From an uncultured Pseudobdellovibrionaceae bacterium (lineage in GTDB: Bacteria; Bdellovibrionota; Bdellovibrionia; Bdellovibrionales; UBA1609), in NCBI GenBank assembly GCA_963803705.1, contig CAWDNU010000001.1, positions 576,001 through 640,000 of the forward strand: DNA of 64,000 bases. The letters run 5' to 3'. Positions 40,395-51,277 of this stretch are shown here, one piece after another; position 1 is the stretch's first letter, and every line of letters begins with the position of its first letter. The notes beneath the pieces were generated by a model, which saw nothing but the letters and a program-made list of their open reading frames with translations, did no database searches and was not told where the DNA came from. The position numbers were made by a program, and so were the translations under genes.

Positions 40395-41944
40395 TTTGTG
40401 GTTAAATACCTATAGCACTGATTTACTGGAACAGATGTCTGACCAAAGAATTCATTTTTAATTCGTGCCATTGAAGCGTAATTATATGGTTTCAAATCTT
40501 TTCCAGACACTCTACGAAACAAATTCTTCAAAAAGTTATCTGGTGTATCTGTTACAGCTTGAAAGTTTCTGTGGAAAAATCTACTCCATAAATTTTTATC
40601 TAATTTATTTACCAGTCGAACTGCATACTTGTTAGCTAACAAGCCCAGCGCACCGCTGCCAATCAATAGGGCCTCTTGCATCGAATTTAATTTGTAAAAT
40701 TCGGCTTCAACTCCGTATGGAATTCCGATAGCTAGGGCGCCAATACCCAACAAATGTAATGTTCGGGCATTATTAATCAAATTTTCTGAGACATAAGTGT
40801 CTGCTTTTAATTTTTCGGTAACAAAGCTCCACGGTGAAGACGCTAAACCGATCAAAACTGAGTTTCTAAAGATAAAATCCAAATACTCTGGATTCCAGAC
40901 TTCGTTTCCATCTTGCAAGGTGTAGAAAGCTAGTTGCAAAGGTATAGCATATAAGGTCGATGCCGCAGATGCTCTAAAGATCTCGAAGCCTAAAGGATTC
41001 TTTTCAGACAAATAAAATCGTCTGTCACTCGCAAAATTAACTCGGTTTCCACTGTATCTTGCAATCTGCCATCCAGAGCGAATGAATTCATAACCGAATT
41101 CATAAATTTTTCGCGTTAGAGATTCATTTCTAGGAATTGTATATAAAAGTGCAGTGCTCATGGCAGCAGAAGCAATGGCTGCACCTGTCCATTCACCGCT
41201 TGAAACATAAACCCACGAGGGTCCAATAGTAGCAGCGCCCGTTGCAGTTAAAACCGAAGCCACCGCGATTCCTGAAAAAGAAAGTGTTTTTCCGGTCTCA
41301 AGTAAGCTTCGCCCAGTCTGTTTTAAATCGACCCAAACGTTATTAAAGATTGACGAGTTTCGGTCTAATCTTTCAACAAAATTGTGTGGTAGATCCTCCG
41401 CAACTATCAAACCCTCTTCTTTCAACCTTAAACTTACTCCAGTGAGATCAGTTTTATTTGACTCTGCAGCAACTGAAAAAGCTTCAGCTGAAAGGCTTGG
41501 ATTAACAAATTCAGCATAAATCCTTAAATTCTTTTCTGCTTTAGCTTTATTTATATCCGAAGATATTTCAGCCCATAACTCTTTGTATTTACTGGCGTTG
41601 TTATCAGTTGGCTTGAAGACCAACACAATCGTATGATTGATCGGTGCAATATCGATCAATTCTTTTATTGAATCAGCTATTTCGCTCATGGTTTTTAAGC
41701 CATCAGTGGAAGTCAGTACCATCTTCAAGGTCGGTGACACCTGAGTTACTACCGCTTCGCTCTCGATTTGATTTCTAGAAGGTGATGCTGGGCGATTTTC
41801 CACAGCAGTTTGCCCTAAGGCAGCTGAGCCACTTTCAACCTCTGGCGTGATGCCTGAGCCGTAGGCGGGGCTTAATAATAGTAAAAAAGTTGAAATTAAA
41901 ATTCCAATAGATATCAAGTTCTCTTTTTTCCCTAAGCCGTTCAA
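40391..41944 (-). CDS. Hypothetical exported/membrane protein
   Basis: 517-aa ORF with a signal peptide, several hydrophobic helices and a GGAG RBS. Confidence 0.65.
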   Translation of the reverse strand: MNGLGKKENLISIGILISTFLLLLSPAYGSGITPEVESGSAALGQTAVENRPASPSRNQIESEAVVTQVSPTLKMVLTSTDGLKTMSEIADSIKELIDIAPINHTIVLVFKPTDNNASKYKELWAEISSDINKAKAEKNLRIYAEFVNPSLSAEAFSVAAESNKTDLTGVSLRLKEEGLIVAEDLPHNFVERLDRNSSIFNNVWVDLKQTGRSLLETGKTLSFSGIAVASVLTATGAATIGPSWVYVSSGEWTGAAIASAAMSTALLYTIPRNESLTRKIYEFGYEFIRSGWQIARYSGNRVNFASDRRFYLSEKNPLGFEIFRASAASTLYAIPLQLAFYTLQDGNEVWNPEYLDFIFRNSVLIGLASSPWSFVTEKLKADTYVSENLINNARTLHLLGIGALAIGIPYGVEAEFYKLNSMQEALLIGSGALGLLANKYAVRLVNKLDKNLWSRFFHRNFQAVTDTPDNFLKNLFRRVSGKDLKPYNYASMARIKNEFFGQTSVPVNQCYRYLTTN

Positions 41945-42000
41945 TTCAAAGCTCCTAATTATAAATTTAAATGATCAAATTACCTAAGCAATTTAATAAA

Positions 42001-42015
42001 GCAATTGCAATGCCA
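42001..42015 (-). promoter_or_regulatory. Candidate sigma54 -24/-12 promoter
   Basis: Minus strand TGGCATTGCAATTGC has the exact GG-N10-GC spacing, 56 nt upstream of the 41944 start. Confidence 0.55.
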
Positions 42016-42204
42016 TATGTAGGCCTAACCGACTTGAATGTAAAGAATTCGTAAGGCGAAAAATGTCACACAAGCCCCATAATGGCAGCTGTCGGCCCCT
42101 CTGTCGGCCCTCCTGGTTCAGCGCCAGGAATCAACTAGCTAAAAGGCTGTTAAGCAAAGCTAATTTAGCCGGATTAAATTACTGATCCATTGATATAGAG
42201 GTTC

Positions 42205-43416
42205 TTACACTAAGATCTCAATTGGCTTTGCGTGATGGTTGTAATCAGAGGCCATGACATACCCGTAAGCCCCAGAATCCATAACAGCTAGTAGGTCTCC
42301 TTCGGAAAGACTGTGGAAACTTCTATCGAACCCTACTACGTCTGAAGATTCACAAATGGGACCAACCACATCAGCTCTGAAAGCAGGCTCTGACTTATCT
42401 TTTCTGAAATGAATAGGCAAAGTACGGTGGTGAGCCTGATACAACGAAGGGCGCATTAGGTGGTGCATCCCGGTGTCCACAATAACAAAATTCTTAAACT
42501 GATTTTTTTTAATATACTGAACTTCGGTGATTAGTACTCCGGATCTTGCAACTAATGACCTGCCTGGCTCTAGATGAAATTTTAAACCCGTGCCGGCTGT
42601 TTTTTTTTGTATCGCGGCCATCCAGTCTTTAATTCTTTGAACCTCTGCTTCTTCATTAGATGAAAAGTAATCGATTCCAATCCCTCCGCCTAAGTCTATG
42701 TCAGAAATATCAAATCCTTTTCTTTTGAAAAACTGAACCGTGTCGAGCAGCTTATCTAAAGAAATAATAAATGGATCCAAAGTTTGAATTTGGGATCCTA
42801 TGTGAAGGCCGACGCAACACAAATTGACGAGCTCTTGAGACTTAAGAAGTTCCGTTATTTCAGAAAAATCATCATAACTCACACCAAATTTATTTTCCCT
42901 AAAACCGGTGGCAATATAAGGGTGAGTTTCAACTGAAATATCGGGATTTATACGTAAGCCGACCTTTACTTTTTTGTTTAAACTTTTAGAAATTTCTATT
43001 ATACGTTTTAATTCTGGAGCGCTTTCCACGTTGATTAAACCAATACCTCTATTGATAGATTCTGTGATTTCGAATTTGGTTTTACCGATTCCTGAAAATA
43101 TAATTTCCCGAGGCTCAAAACCTGCTTCTAAAGCAAGCACGGCTTCACCCCACGATACCACATCTGCAGATAATCCCTGTTTTTTCACTAAGCTTAATAG
43201 GTTCTTGTTTGTATTCGCCTTCAAGGCGTAATGAATGGCGTAATCTAATTTGGATTGATTTACGGTGTAGGCTTGAATTCGATTTTCTATGGACTCAGTG
43301 TTATAAATATAGGTTGGTCGTTCGTATTTCTTCAAGATGTCAGGAATCGCAATGGCGCCACTTACCTTATTAAGATGCAGAATGTTGTCAAGGTAGATGT
43401 AAGATCGAAAACTCAT
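42205..43416 (-). CDS. lysA: Diaminopimelate decarboxylase
   Basis: YALKAN, HIGSQ, DLGGG, EPGR, GPICES.D, GAYG. Confidence 0.95.
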   Translation of the reverse strand: MSFRSYIYLDNILHLNKVSGAIAIPDILKKYERPTYIYNTESIENRIQAYTVNQSKLDYAIHYALKANTNKNLLSLVKKQGLSADVVSWGEAVLALEAGFEPREIIFSGIGKTKFEITESINRGIGLINVESAPELKRIIEISKSLNKKVKVGLRINPDISVETHPYIATGFRENKFGVSYDDFSEITELLKSQELVNLCCVGLHIGSQIQTLDPFIISLDKLLDTVQFFKRKGFDISDIDLGGGIGIDYFSSNEEAEVQRIKDWMAAIQKKTAGTGLKFHLEPGRSLVARSGVLITEVQYIKKNQFKNFVIVDTGMHHLMRPSLYQAHHRTLPIHFRKDKSEPAFRADVVGPICESSDVVGFDRSFHSLSEGDLLAVMDSGAYGYVMASDYNHHAKPIEILV

Positions 43417-43437
43417 ATAAAATAAAATCCTTTTAGA

Positions 43438-44652
43438 TTACTTTTGATCTAAACCAAATTCTGTGTGCAAAGCAATAACGGCTTCTTTCGCTCTATTTTC
43501 AGGAACTACGGCTGACACTTTAATATCGGAGGTAGTTACCAGTTGAGGCGCTAATTTTAGGTTGGCCAAAACTCTAAAAAACCGTGCTGCAACACCAGAG
43601 TGGTTTCTCATTCCTACCCCGATAATTGAAACTTTAGCCATTTCGTCCATATACTGAACGCTGGCCTTGCTGCCAACAAGATCTTTGACAGTCTGTGAAG
43701 CTATGGTCCAATCACTTTGAGGAATGGAAAAGGCAAGTCGCTGCTTTTCCTCCATTATGGATTGAGAAATAATATCCACTACAACTTCTTTTTCAGAAAG
43801 TTTAGTGAAAAAATCTGATAAGAAATGCTCATTATCAGGTAGCGGAAAGATTTTAATAATGGCTGTTTCCATCTCGTTGGTAACAGCAGATACTACGGGA
43901 TTTTCCATAATTTTTTCCTCAGGTAAGATCCATGTGCCTTCTACATCCTCGAATGCTGAGCGCACATGTAAAGGGGTGTTATATTTTGCGGCAATTTCTA
44001 CGCATCTAAAATGTAGCACTTTTGAACCAAGTGAAGCCATTTCCATCATTTCATCAAAACTAATTTCTTTTATCTTTTTAGCCTTCTCGACTATTCTGGG
44101 GTCAGATGTGTAGACGCCTGAAACATCCGTAAAGATTTCACAAACAGAGCCAGGTAGAGCGGCTGATAAAGCTACAGCAGTGGTGTCTGAACCTCCACGA
44201 CCAAGAGTAGTTACTCTGAAATTCGAATCTACTCCTTGAAAACCTGCTACAATAGGAATTTTATTTTGCTCTAAACTATTCAGTAATTTAGAAGAGTCGA
44301 TACTTTGAATACGTGCTCTGGAAAAAATAGAGTCTGTTTGTATTCCTAACTGAAACCCTAAAAAAGATTCTGTTTGAATACCTCTTTTTTCCAAGGCCAT
44401 TGATAGCAATGACATTGATACTTGTTCTCCCGAAGCGAGCAAAGAATCATAGGCTGGACCGCGGTAATTAGGGTAGATGTCGTTTGCTAAGCGAACAAGC
44501 CTATTGGTTTCCCCCGCCATCGCAGAAACCACAACTATGGGCTTTTGACCCATACCTAGCCCTCGCTGGACTGTATCTGCAACGCTCTCAATTCGCTCGA
44601 TAGAACCAACGGAAGTTCCACCAAATTTTTTGACATATATATTTTTTAGCAT
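43438..44652 (-). CDS. lysC: Aspartate kinase
   Basis: KFGGTSV, TLGRGGSDTTA, TDV.GVYTSDPR, two ACT domains. Confidence 0.95.
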   Translation of the reverse strand: MLKNIYVKKFGGTSVGSIERIESVADTVQRGLGMGQKPIVVVSAMAGETNRLVRLANDIYPNYRGPAYDSLLASGEQVSMSLLSMALEKRGIQTESFLGFQLGIQTDSIFSRARIQSIDSSKLLNSLEQNKIPIVAGFQGVDSNFRVTTLGRGGSDTTAVALSAALPGSVCEIFTDVSGVYTSDPRIVEKAKKIKEISFDEMMEMASLGSKVLHFRCVEIAAKYNTPLHVRSAFEDVEGTWILPEEKIMENPVVSAVTNEMETAIIKIFPLPDNEHFLSDFFTKLSEKEVVVDIISQSIMEEKQRLAFSIPQSDWTIASQTVKDLVGSKASVQYMDEMAKVSIIGVGMRNHSGVAARFFRVLANLKLAPQLVTTSDIKVSAVVPENRAKEAVIALHTEFGLDQK

Positions 44653-44827
44653 AGATCCAATTTATATTGATTTAGAGGCTTAAAGGCTAGTAGAAATACG
44701 AATTGAAAGAATTACACCTGATCATTGCCGGGTCGCAAAATTGACAATAGCCCCTCTGGAAGTGACTAATGTGAATATTACTATAAATGTCCTATGGATA
44801 TTTGGGGATTAAGATCTGGGGGGATCA

Positions 44828-45538
44828 ATGTATAAAAATTATTCTACAGCTATATTTGCTTTTTTAAGCTTAACGATTTTTTGTCAGTTAACGTTAGCGT
44901 CGCCATCAACATCAATGGCTAGAGTGCCACATATATTTACAGGAAATTCACCGGCACCAGAATACCAAAGTTACCCCAAGTACCAAAATAAGGTAGATCA
45001 GCGGGACTCCACCGACTTTAATAGCTATTATTTAAATTTAGAAAAAGTGAATGCATTGTCCAAGGCGGGTCAGGTGCGAAGTGTACACGCACATGTCAGA
45101 AACATTGCTAAAGACGGGATTTGTGCTGGTACTTGTTTTAGAGTTTTTATTTACGTAAATGGTGATGTAAAAAGTGGCGAGCATGTGGCTACTTTTGCGG
45201 TGTCCCCGGGAACCGGTCGAAGAACACCACTGGCGAACAATGCTCCACTTAGACGATTTACTCGCTCGCTTACAAGCTTTGAGCGACCAACGCAATATTA
45301 TAATTACGACATGTACAGAATTTACGGCTCTAAATCTTATCCAGGCAAAATTCCGAATATGCCAAATGCGATGTTCTTTATGGATGCGATTGCACTGCAT
45401 GGATCCTTTGACACGGTCGATGGAGAAAAAAGGTCACATGGATGCATAAGAATGTTTCCGGATGAATCATACTTCGTGCATAGTTTAGCTATCTTGGCCG
45501 AAGGTAATATGACATTTGACGTTTTACATACGCGGTAA
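44828..45538 (+). CDS. Secreted L,D-transpeptidase (YkuD family)
   Basis: Signal peptide, MPNAMFF, ALHGS...SHGCIRM. Confidence 0.85.
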   Translation: MYKNYSTAIFAFLSLTIFCQLTLASPSTSMARVPHIFTGNSPAPEYQSYPKYQNKVDQRDSTDFNSYYLNLEKVNALSKAGQVRSVHAHVRNIAKDGICAGTCFRVFIYVNGDVKSGEHVATFAVSPGTGRRTPLANNAPLRRFTRSLTSFERPTQYYNYDMYRIYGSKSYPGKIPNMPNAMFFMDAIALHGSFDTVDGEKRSHGCIRMFPDESYFVHSLAILAEGNMTFDVLHTR

Positions 45539-45545
45539 ATGCTTT

Positions 45546-46295
45546 TTAAAAATTTGTTTTTAAGTCTAAAACTACATAATTGAACCAAGAAAAAGTGAAA
45601 ACTTTTTCGTTGTCGGCGCCGCCCTCAAGTGTTCTAAAGCCAAGTCCTAGAGTTGAGTTTTCACAAATTTTTCTTCTAACTTTCAAAGCTGCGTCTATTG
45701 CTCTGCCCTGTGGGGCTACAGCTGCATCCACTTGAAAATTTAGAAACCATTTTGATGCAAAGTTTTTCTGATATTCAAAGTAGATTAGTGGCACTAAACC
45801 AAAGTTCTTATAAGATTCATTTGTGGTCCCTTGCGACAGAGTGATTTTGGCATCTCGAGCTTTCGCAGTAAAACCAAGATTTATCTGATTTTCGCCAAAC
45901 CCCCAGAAGCCATAAATATATGATACTCGATAAGAATTAAACTGATAATTGACTGCTAGGTCTTGGGTGTTCGGGAACAGAGTTCCATTGAAATTTACAT
46001 CTTGGCTTGCTCGACCTCTGACATTTAACTCAGAAGGTGCATACAGACCTCTAACAGCGTGGTGATCATTGAATCTGTAAACACTCTCTAGCCTATAGTG
46101 AAAAAAAGGACCGTCATCAATGCCGTCGATTTCCAGTCGGGTTCCACCACTATTCGGAGGAATCTGCACGTCGTTACGGTTCTGCCAAACCGCTCCGGTT
46201 TCAACTGTCAAATCGATATTGTTTTTTGCGTAACTGTTTTGGTAAGTAAAAAATAAAAATATAGCAAATGACAACATTATGAAATTAAAAAACAT
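45546..46295 (-). CDS. Hypothetical outer-membrane beta-barrel protein
   Basis: Signal peptide, amphipathic beta strands, terminal Phe. Confidence 0.7.
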   Translation of the reverse strand: MFFNFIMLSFAIFLFFTYQNSYAKNNIDLTVETGAVWQNRNDVQIPPNSGGTRLEIDGIDDGPFFHYRLESVYRFNDHHAVRGLYAPSELNVRGRASQDVNFNGTLFPNTQDLAVNYQFNSYRVSYIYGFWGFGENQINLGFTAKARDAKITLSQGTTNESYKNFGLVPLIYFEYQKNFASKWFLNFQVDAAVAPQGRAIDAALKVRRKICENSTLGLGFRTLEGGADNEKVFTFSWFNYVVLDLKTNF

Positions 46296-46432
46296 AGATA
46301 ACTTCCCCCCTGACGCACTTTCGATTAAATGATTACTATAAATAATTTGGTGAAGTTTTAGTAGTTACTAATTATTAAACTAGCAGCGACTAAACCAGCT
46401 GCGTAGTTGGTAGCAGAAATTTTAGATCATTT

Positions 46433-46557
46433 GGGCCTGTTGAAAAAGCACCATCTTCGTTGTTGCCTTCGCTTAAATCTCATTCGACGTAGATAAACTA
46501 CGACTCATTCGATTTTAAGCTTGGACGCCTAGAATCTAATACTTTTTTAACAGGCCC
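46433..46557. repeat. 125-bp MITE-like repeat, copy 2
   Basis: Near-identical to 37786-37910 and in the same orientation. Confidence 0.92.
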
Positions 46558-46653
46558 ATCTGGTTACTGACTTAAAAAAGAGCTTAAACATAATTTTTTT
46601 GTACACTATTTTGTGGAACCACCCATGGGTTCTGCTGTGTAAATACAAGATAT

Positions 46654-46729
46654 TGGCGTTCCCTACGGGAGTCGAACCCGTGTCTCATCCGTGAAAGGGA
46701 CGTGTCCTAGGCCTCTAGACGAAGGGAAC
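46654..46729 (-). tRNA. tRNA-Glu (TTC)
   Basis: Cloverleaf GTTCCCT...AGGGAACGCCA, anticodon loop CT-TTC-AC, GGTTCGA T-loop, encoded CCA. Confidence 0.95.
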
Positions 46730-46741
46730 AATTAGACAAAA

Positions 46742-46817
46742 TGGTGATCCGTCATGGGCTCGAACCATGGACCCTCTCCTTAAAAGGGAGATGCTCTACC
46801 AACTGAGCTAACGGATC
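46742..46817 (-). tRNA. tRNA-Lys (TTT)
   Basis: Cloverleaf GATCCGT...ACGGATCACCA, anticodon arm TCTCC-CTTTTAA-GGAGA. Confidence 0.95.
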
Positions 46818-46889
46818 AGCAAGAGCTCCTAAATTCAATTTTTAACGTAAAATAGTCAACCCTTTTTCTACATTTTTAAAAAAATTAAT

Positions 46890-48221
<1,332 letters not shown>

Positions 48222-48306
48222 TCAGTAATCGATTCCCCATTGTTGCTGCGCCTTAAGCGTTTTACAATACGCTTTTGGGCTTGCGCGCGGCCCCATGCTT
48301 TCGGGC

Positions 48307-49284
48307 TTATAGATTTTTAGCCCAGGGGACGTTTGGAGGCAAAGAGTTTCGTGGCTTATGCCCTTCAGTAAAATATTTGATTAAAACATCGGAGGCTTCA
48401 AGACAAGATTTTTCAAAAGCCTGTTTGGTGTAGGCTCCAAGGTGGGGAGACCAAAAAATTTTTGGATGCTGCCGGATTATTGAGTCAGAATTTAACGGCT
48501 CTGATTCGAAGGTGTCTAGCCCTACATGCTGTAAAATTCCTTGGTCCAAAGCCTCTAACATGTCATGGGTATTTACTAATTCGCCACGTGCACAATTAAT
48601 TAAAATTTTGTCTACTCCGAAATGGGCCAGGGTATGACGATCAATAATCCACCTAGTCTCTGAAGTTAGAGGTGTATGAAGAGTAATAGCATCGCAATGA
48701 GTGAAAAGTTCTAAGCGTCCTAGTTTTTCAAGTCGTGAATCGACAACATCACCTACATTCAGATAGGGATCATGGTAGTAAACTTTTAGCCCTAGGCTTA
48801 GGGCTCTGCTTGCGACCTCCCTGCCGATGCGTCCTAATCCAAGAATACCTAAGCTTCGTCCATTAGCTTCAGTTCCTAAGTTCAACTGGTTTTTCCACTT
48901 GAACTTGGGATTTGAAATAGAATAAGCAAAGTTATTTCTTAAGGACATTAGAAGATGAAGTATAGTTAAGTCTGCAGTGCTTAAGACATTCGCTTCTGGT
49001 GTGTAAAAGGTAAGTATAGCTCTGTTTTCTAGAGTTTTAAAATCAATATGATCAAACCCACTGGTAGCTGTGCCGACAATTTTTAAGTCTTTATAATGAT
49101 GGATAAGTTTTTCATTTAAGCTGGTTTGGGACCTTACCATTAAGGCCACGACATTTTCGGATTCATGTTCTAATAAGTTAAAGGATGAAAGTCTTAACAC
49201 TTGGAATTGTGGCAGGTGAGCGCTGAGCTTGGCTTGAACCCATAGAGGTATTTGAGTTGTGAGATAGATTTTTTTTAAACTCAT
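48307..49284 (-). CDS. D-isomer-specific 2-hydroxyacid dehydrogenase (SerA-like, no ACT domain)
   Basis: VRSQT, GFDHID, GLGRIG, INCARG, PHLGA. Confidence 0.8.
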   Translation of the reverse strand: MSLKKIYLTTQIPLWVQAKLSAHLPQFQVLRLSSFNLLEHESENVVALMVRSQTSLNEKLIHHYKDLKIVGTATSGFDHIDFKTLENRAILTFYTPEANVLSTADLTILHLLMSLRNNFAYSISNPKFKWKNQLNLGTEANGRSLGILGLGRIGREVASRALSLGLKVYYHDPYLNVGDVVDSRLEKLGRLELFTHCDAITLHTPLTSETRWIIDRHTLAHFGVDKILINCARGELVNTHDMLEALDQGILQHVGLDTFESEPLNSDSIIRQHPKIFWSPHLGAYTKQAFEKSCLEASDVLIKYFTEGHKPRNSLPPNVPWAKNL

Positions 49285-50372
49285 TTTGAAAAACTCTTAA
49301 AGACTTCTTTAAAAATAGCCATCGCTTTGTCTTGTGTATCTTGAGTTATGTGGCCCATGTGACCCCATCTTAAGATTTTGTCTTTCAAATCACCCTGACC
49401 ACCCGCTAGGTAAAGACCACTATGTAACAACGATTTCTGAAATTCTTTTACGTTAATGTTTCTGGGTAGATAAAATGCACTAAGTGAAGGAGAGGGATCT
49501 TCGCTAAAATAGCAACAGCCTAAATCTTCTAAAAAATTTCTTGTTTGCTTCTGCCAGTTCAGACTTTGTTCAAAATAATTGTTCCACCCTAAAGATTCGA
49601 TGGTATTAAGCCTGTTATGCAATGCATAGATCATGTTTACTGGGCTACTGAAGTTGGTTGTGTTTTGAATATTCATTTTTTTTTCAGGAACAAGGTCAAA
49701 ATAAAATCTTGGTGTTGTAGATTTTAAGACCTTGTCCCAAGCACGGTCTGAAAAACTGATAAATGATAAGCCAGTCATTAAACCTAAAGATTTTTGCGAT
49801 CCTGCAATAAGTCCGTCAATTTTATATTCATCCATTGGCAAGTTCATACAACCAACCGCCGTTATTCCATCGACTAACAACAGGCAGTCTGGTTGCATTT
49901 CACGTAAGACTTCAGAGATTTCGTTTATTGGATATTTAGTCGCCGTAGACGTTTCGCACGCATGGATTAAAAAGGCCTCGTAGGGCTTATTAGAAAGTTT
50001 TTTTTTGAACAAGTCCATATCAAATTTTTGGCCCCAAGGTTGGGTCATGGTATCGACTTTACATTCAAATTTACTAGCCATCTGGGTCCATCGCTCACCA
50101 AACTTTCCGGCTTCAAAACTTAGTACATGAGATGACGGTGATAAAGGATTCACAAGGCAAGCTTCCATGGCTCCAGTACCAGTGGCATTTAACAAAAATA
50201 CGTGATTATCTGTTTGAAAAAAATTTTTTAATTTTTTTAGGACATTGGCAAAAATAACTTCAAATTGTGGTGTTCTGTGATGAATGGGGTGTTGGGCCAA
50301 AGCCTTTAAATCTTCACTGGCAATTTGAGTCGGTCCTGGACTAAAAAGCAGTGTAATATCAGATTCTTTCAT
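49281..50372 (-). CDS. Class V PLP-dependent aminotransferase
   Basis: SPGPT, HHRT, ETST, VDG, GSQK, R.GHMG. Confidence 0.88.
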   Translation of the reverse strand: MKESDITLLFSPGPTQIASEDLKALAQHPIHHRTPQFEVIFANVLKKLKNFFQTDNHVFLLNATGTGAMEACLVNPLSPSSHVLSFEAGKFGERWTQMASKFECKVDTMTQPWGQKFDMDLFKKKLSNKPYEAFLIHACETSTATKYPINEISEVLREMQPDCLLLVDGITAVGCMNLPMDEYKIDGLIAGSQKSLGLMTGLSFISFSDRAWDKVLKSTTPRFYFDLVPEKKMNIQNTTNFSSPVNMIYALHNRLNTIESLGWNNYFEQSLNWQKQTRNFLEDLGCCYFSEDPSPSLSAFYLPRNINVKEFQKSLLHSGLYLAGGQGDLKDKILRWGHMGHITQDTQDKAMAIFKEVFKSFSK

Positions 50373-50600
50373 AAACTTGTTCTATCACTTATTCGGTCCA
50401 TTATTAAAGCGATAAAATAGAGGTGAGTGAATAATATATTGGCCTGAGCTAGTGAAAGTTGTACACCTAAAGATGGTGATCACTTGTTACGACACCTTCG
50501 ACGTATTACAGTATCGACTTAGAGCTGCGCTTTCCTATGGCCTATTTTGGGCGAGCAACGAAATCGGAAGCTAGTTATCAGCGGTGGGACTTATAGAATT

Positions 50601-51194
50601 ATGATTTTGGGTCAAATTTTTAGCAAGTTATACATTATGATTTTCATCCTAACTTCCGGGTGCGGTTATCAGTTTGGCTATGGCAATCGTTCCCTTCCTA
50701 TGGGTGTGAAAAGTGTTTACATACCTATATTCAAAAATGAAACCTATCAAACTGGCGCTGAGGTACAATTTACAAACGCTTTGATTGCAGAAATTCACGA
50801 TTCTAAAATCGCTAGAATTGCAGATAAAAAAAGTGCAGAAGCCACTCTGAAGGGCAGAGTTATACGTGTCGACTTTGAGCAAGCCAATATTGATAGTAGA
50901 ACTCGAGATGAAGATACAAAAACTTCAGGTATCCGAAATTTACCCCGGGGTACAGTCATAACTACGGAGTATTTGGCTAGAATAACTTTGGAAGTTCAAA
51001 TGTACAAAGACGGTAAATTAGTATGGAAGCAATGGTTAAGGGATGAGCGCCTTTACGATGCACCACAGTTAGGCCTTGAAGGAATCAATACGGCCAACGC
51101 AAATTACAACAGAACCGCAAGAGAGCGTGTGGTAAACGATTTAGCTAGAGTGATGATGCATGAATTGTATGGACGTCTTACAGAAAATTTTTAG
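50601..51194 (+). CDS. lptE: LPS assembly lipoprotein LptE
   Basis: Lipobox TSGC-GY, SVYIPIFKN.T, position upstream of holA. Start uncertain. Confidence 0.75.
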   Translation: MILGQIFSKLYIMIFILTSGCGYQFGYGNRSLPMGVKSVYIPIFKNETYQTGAEVQFTNALIAEIHDSKIARIADKKSAEATLKGRVIRVDFEQANIDSRTRDEDTKTSGIRNLPRGTVITTEYLARITLEVQMYKDGKLVWKQWLRDERLYDAPQLGLEGINTANANYNRTARERVVNDLARVMMHELYGRLTENF

Positions 51195-51277
51195 TTTTAC
51201 GCATCGATAGCAATTTGATTTCAAAACAATCTAGCTTTATGTTGGCAATCCTTAGCTCTTTCGTTTAATCTTAAGGT

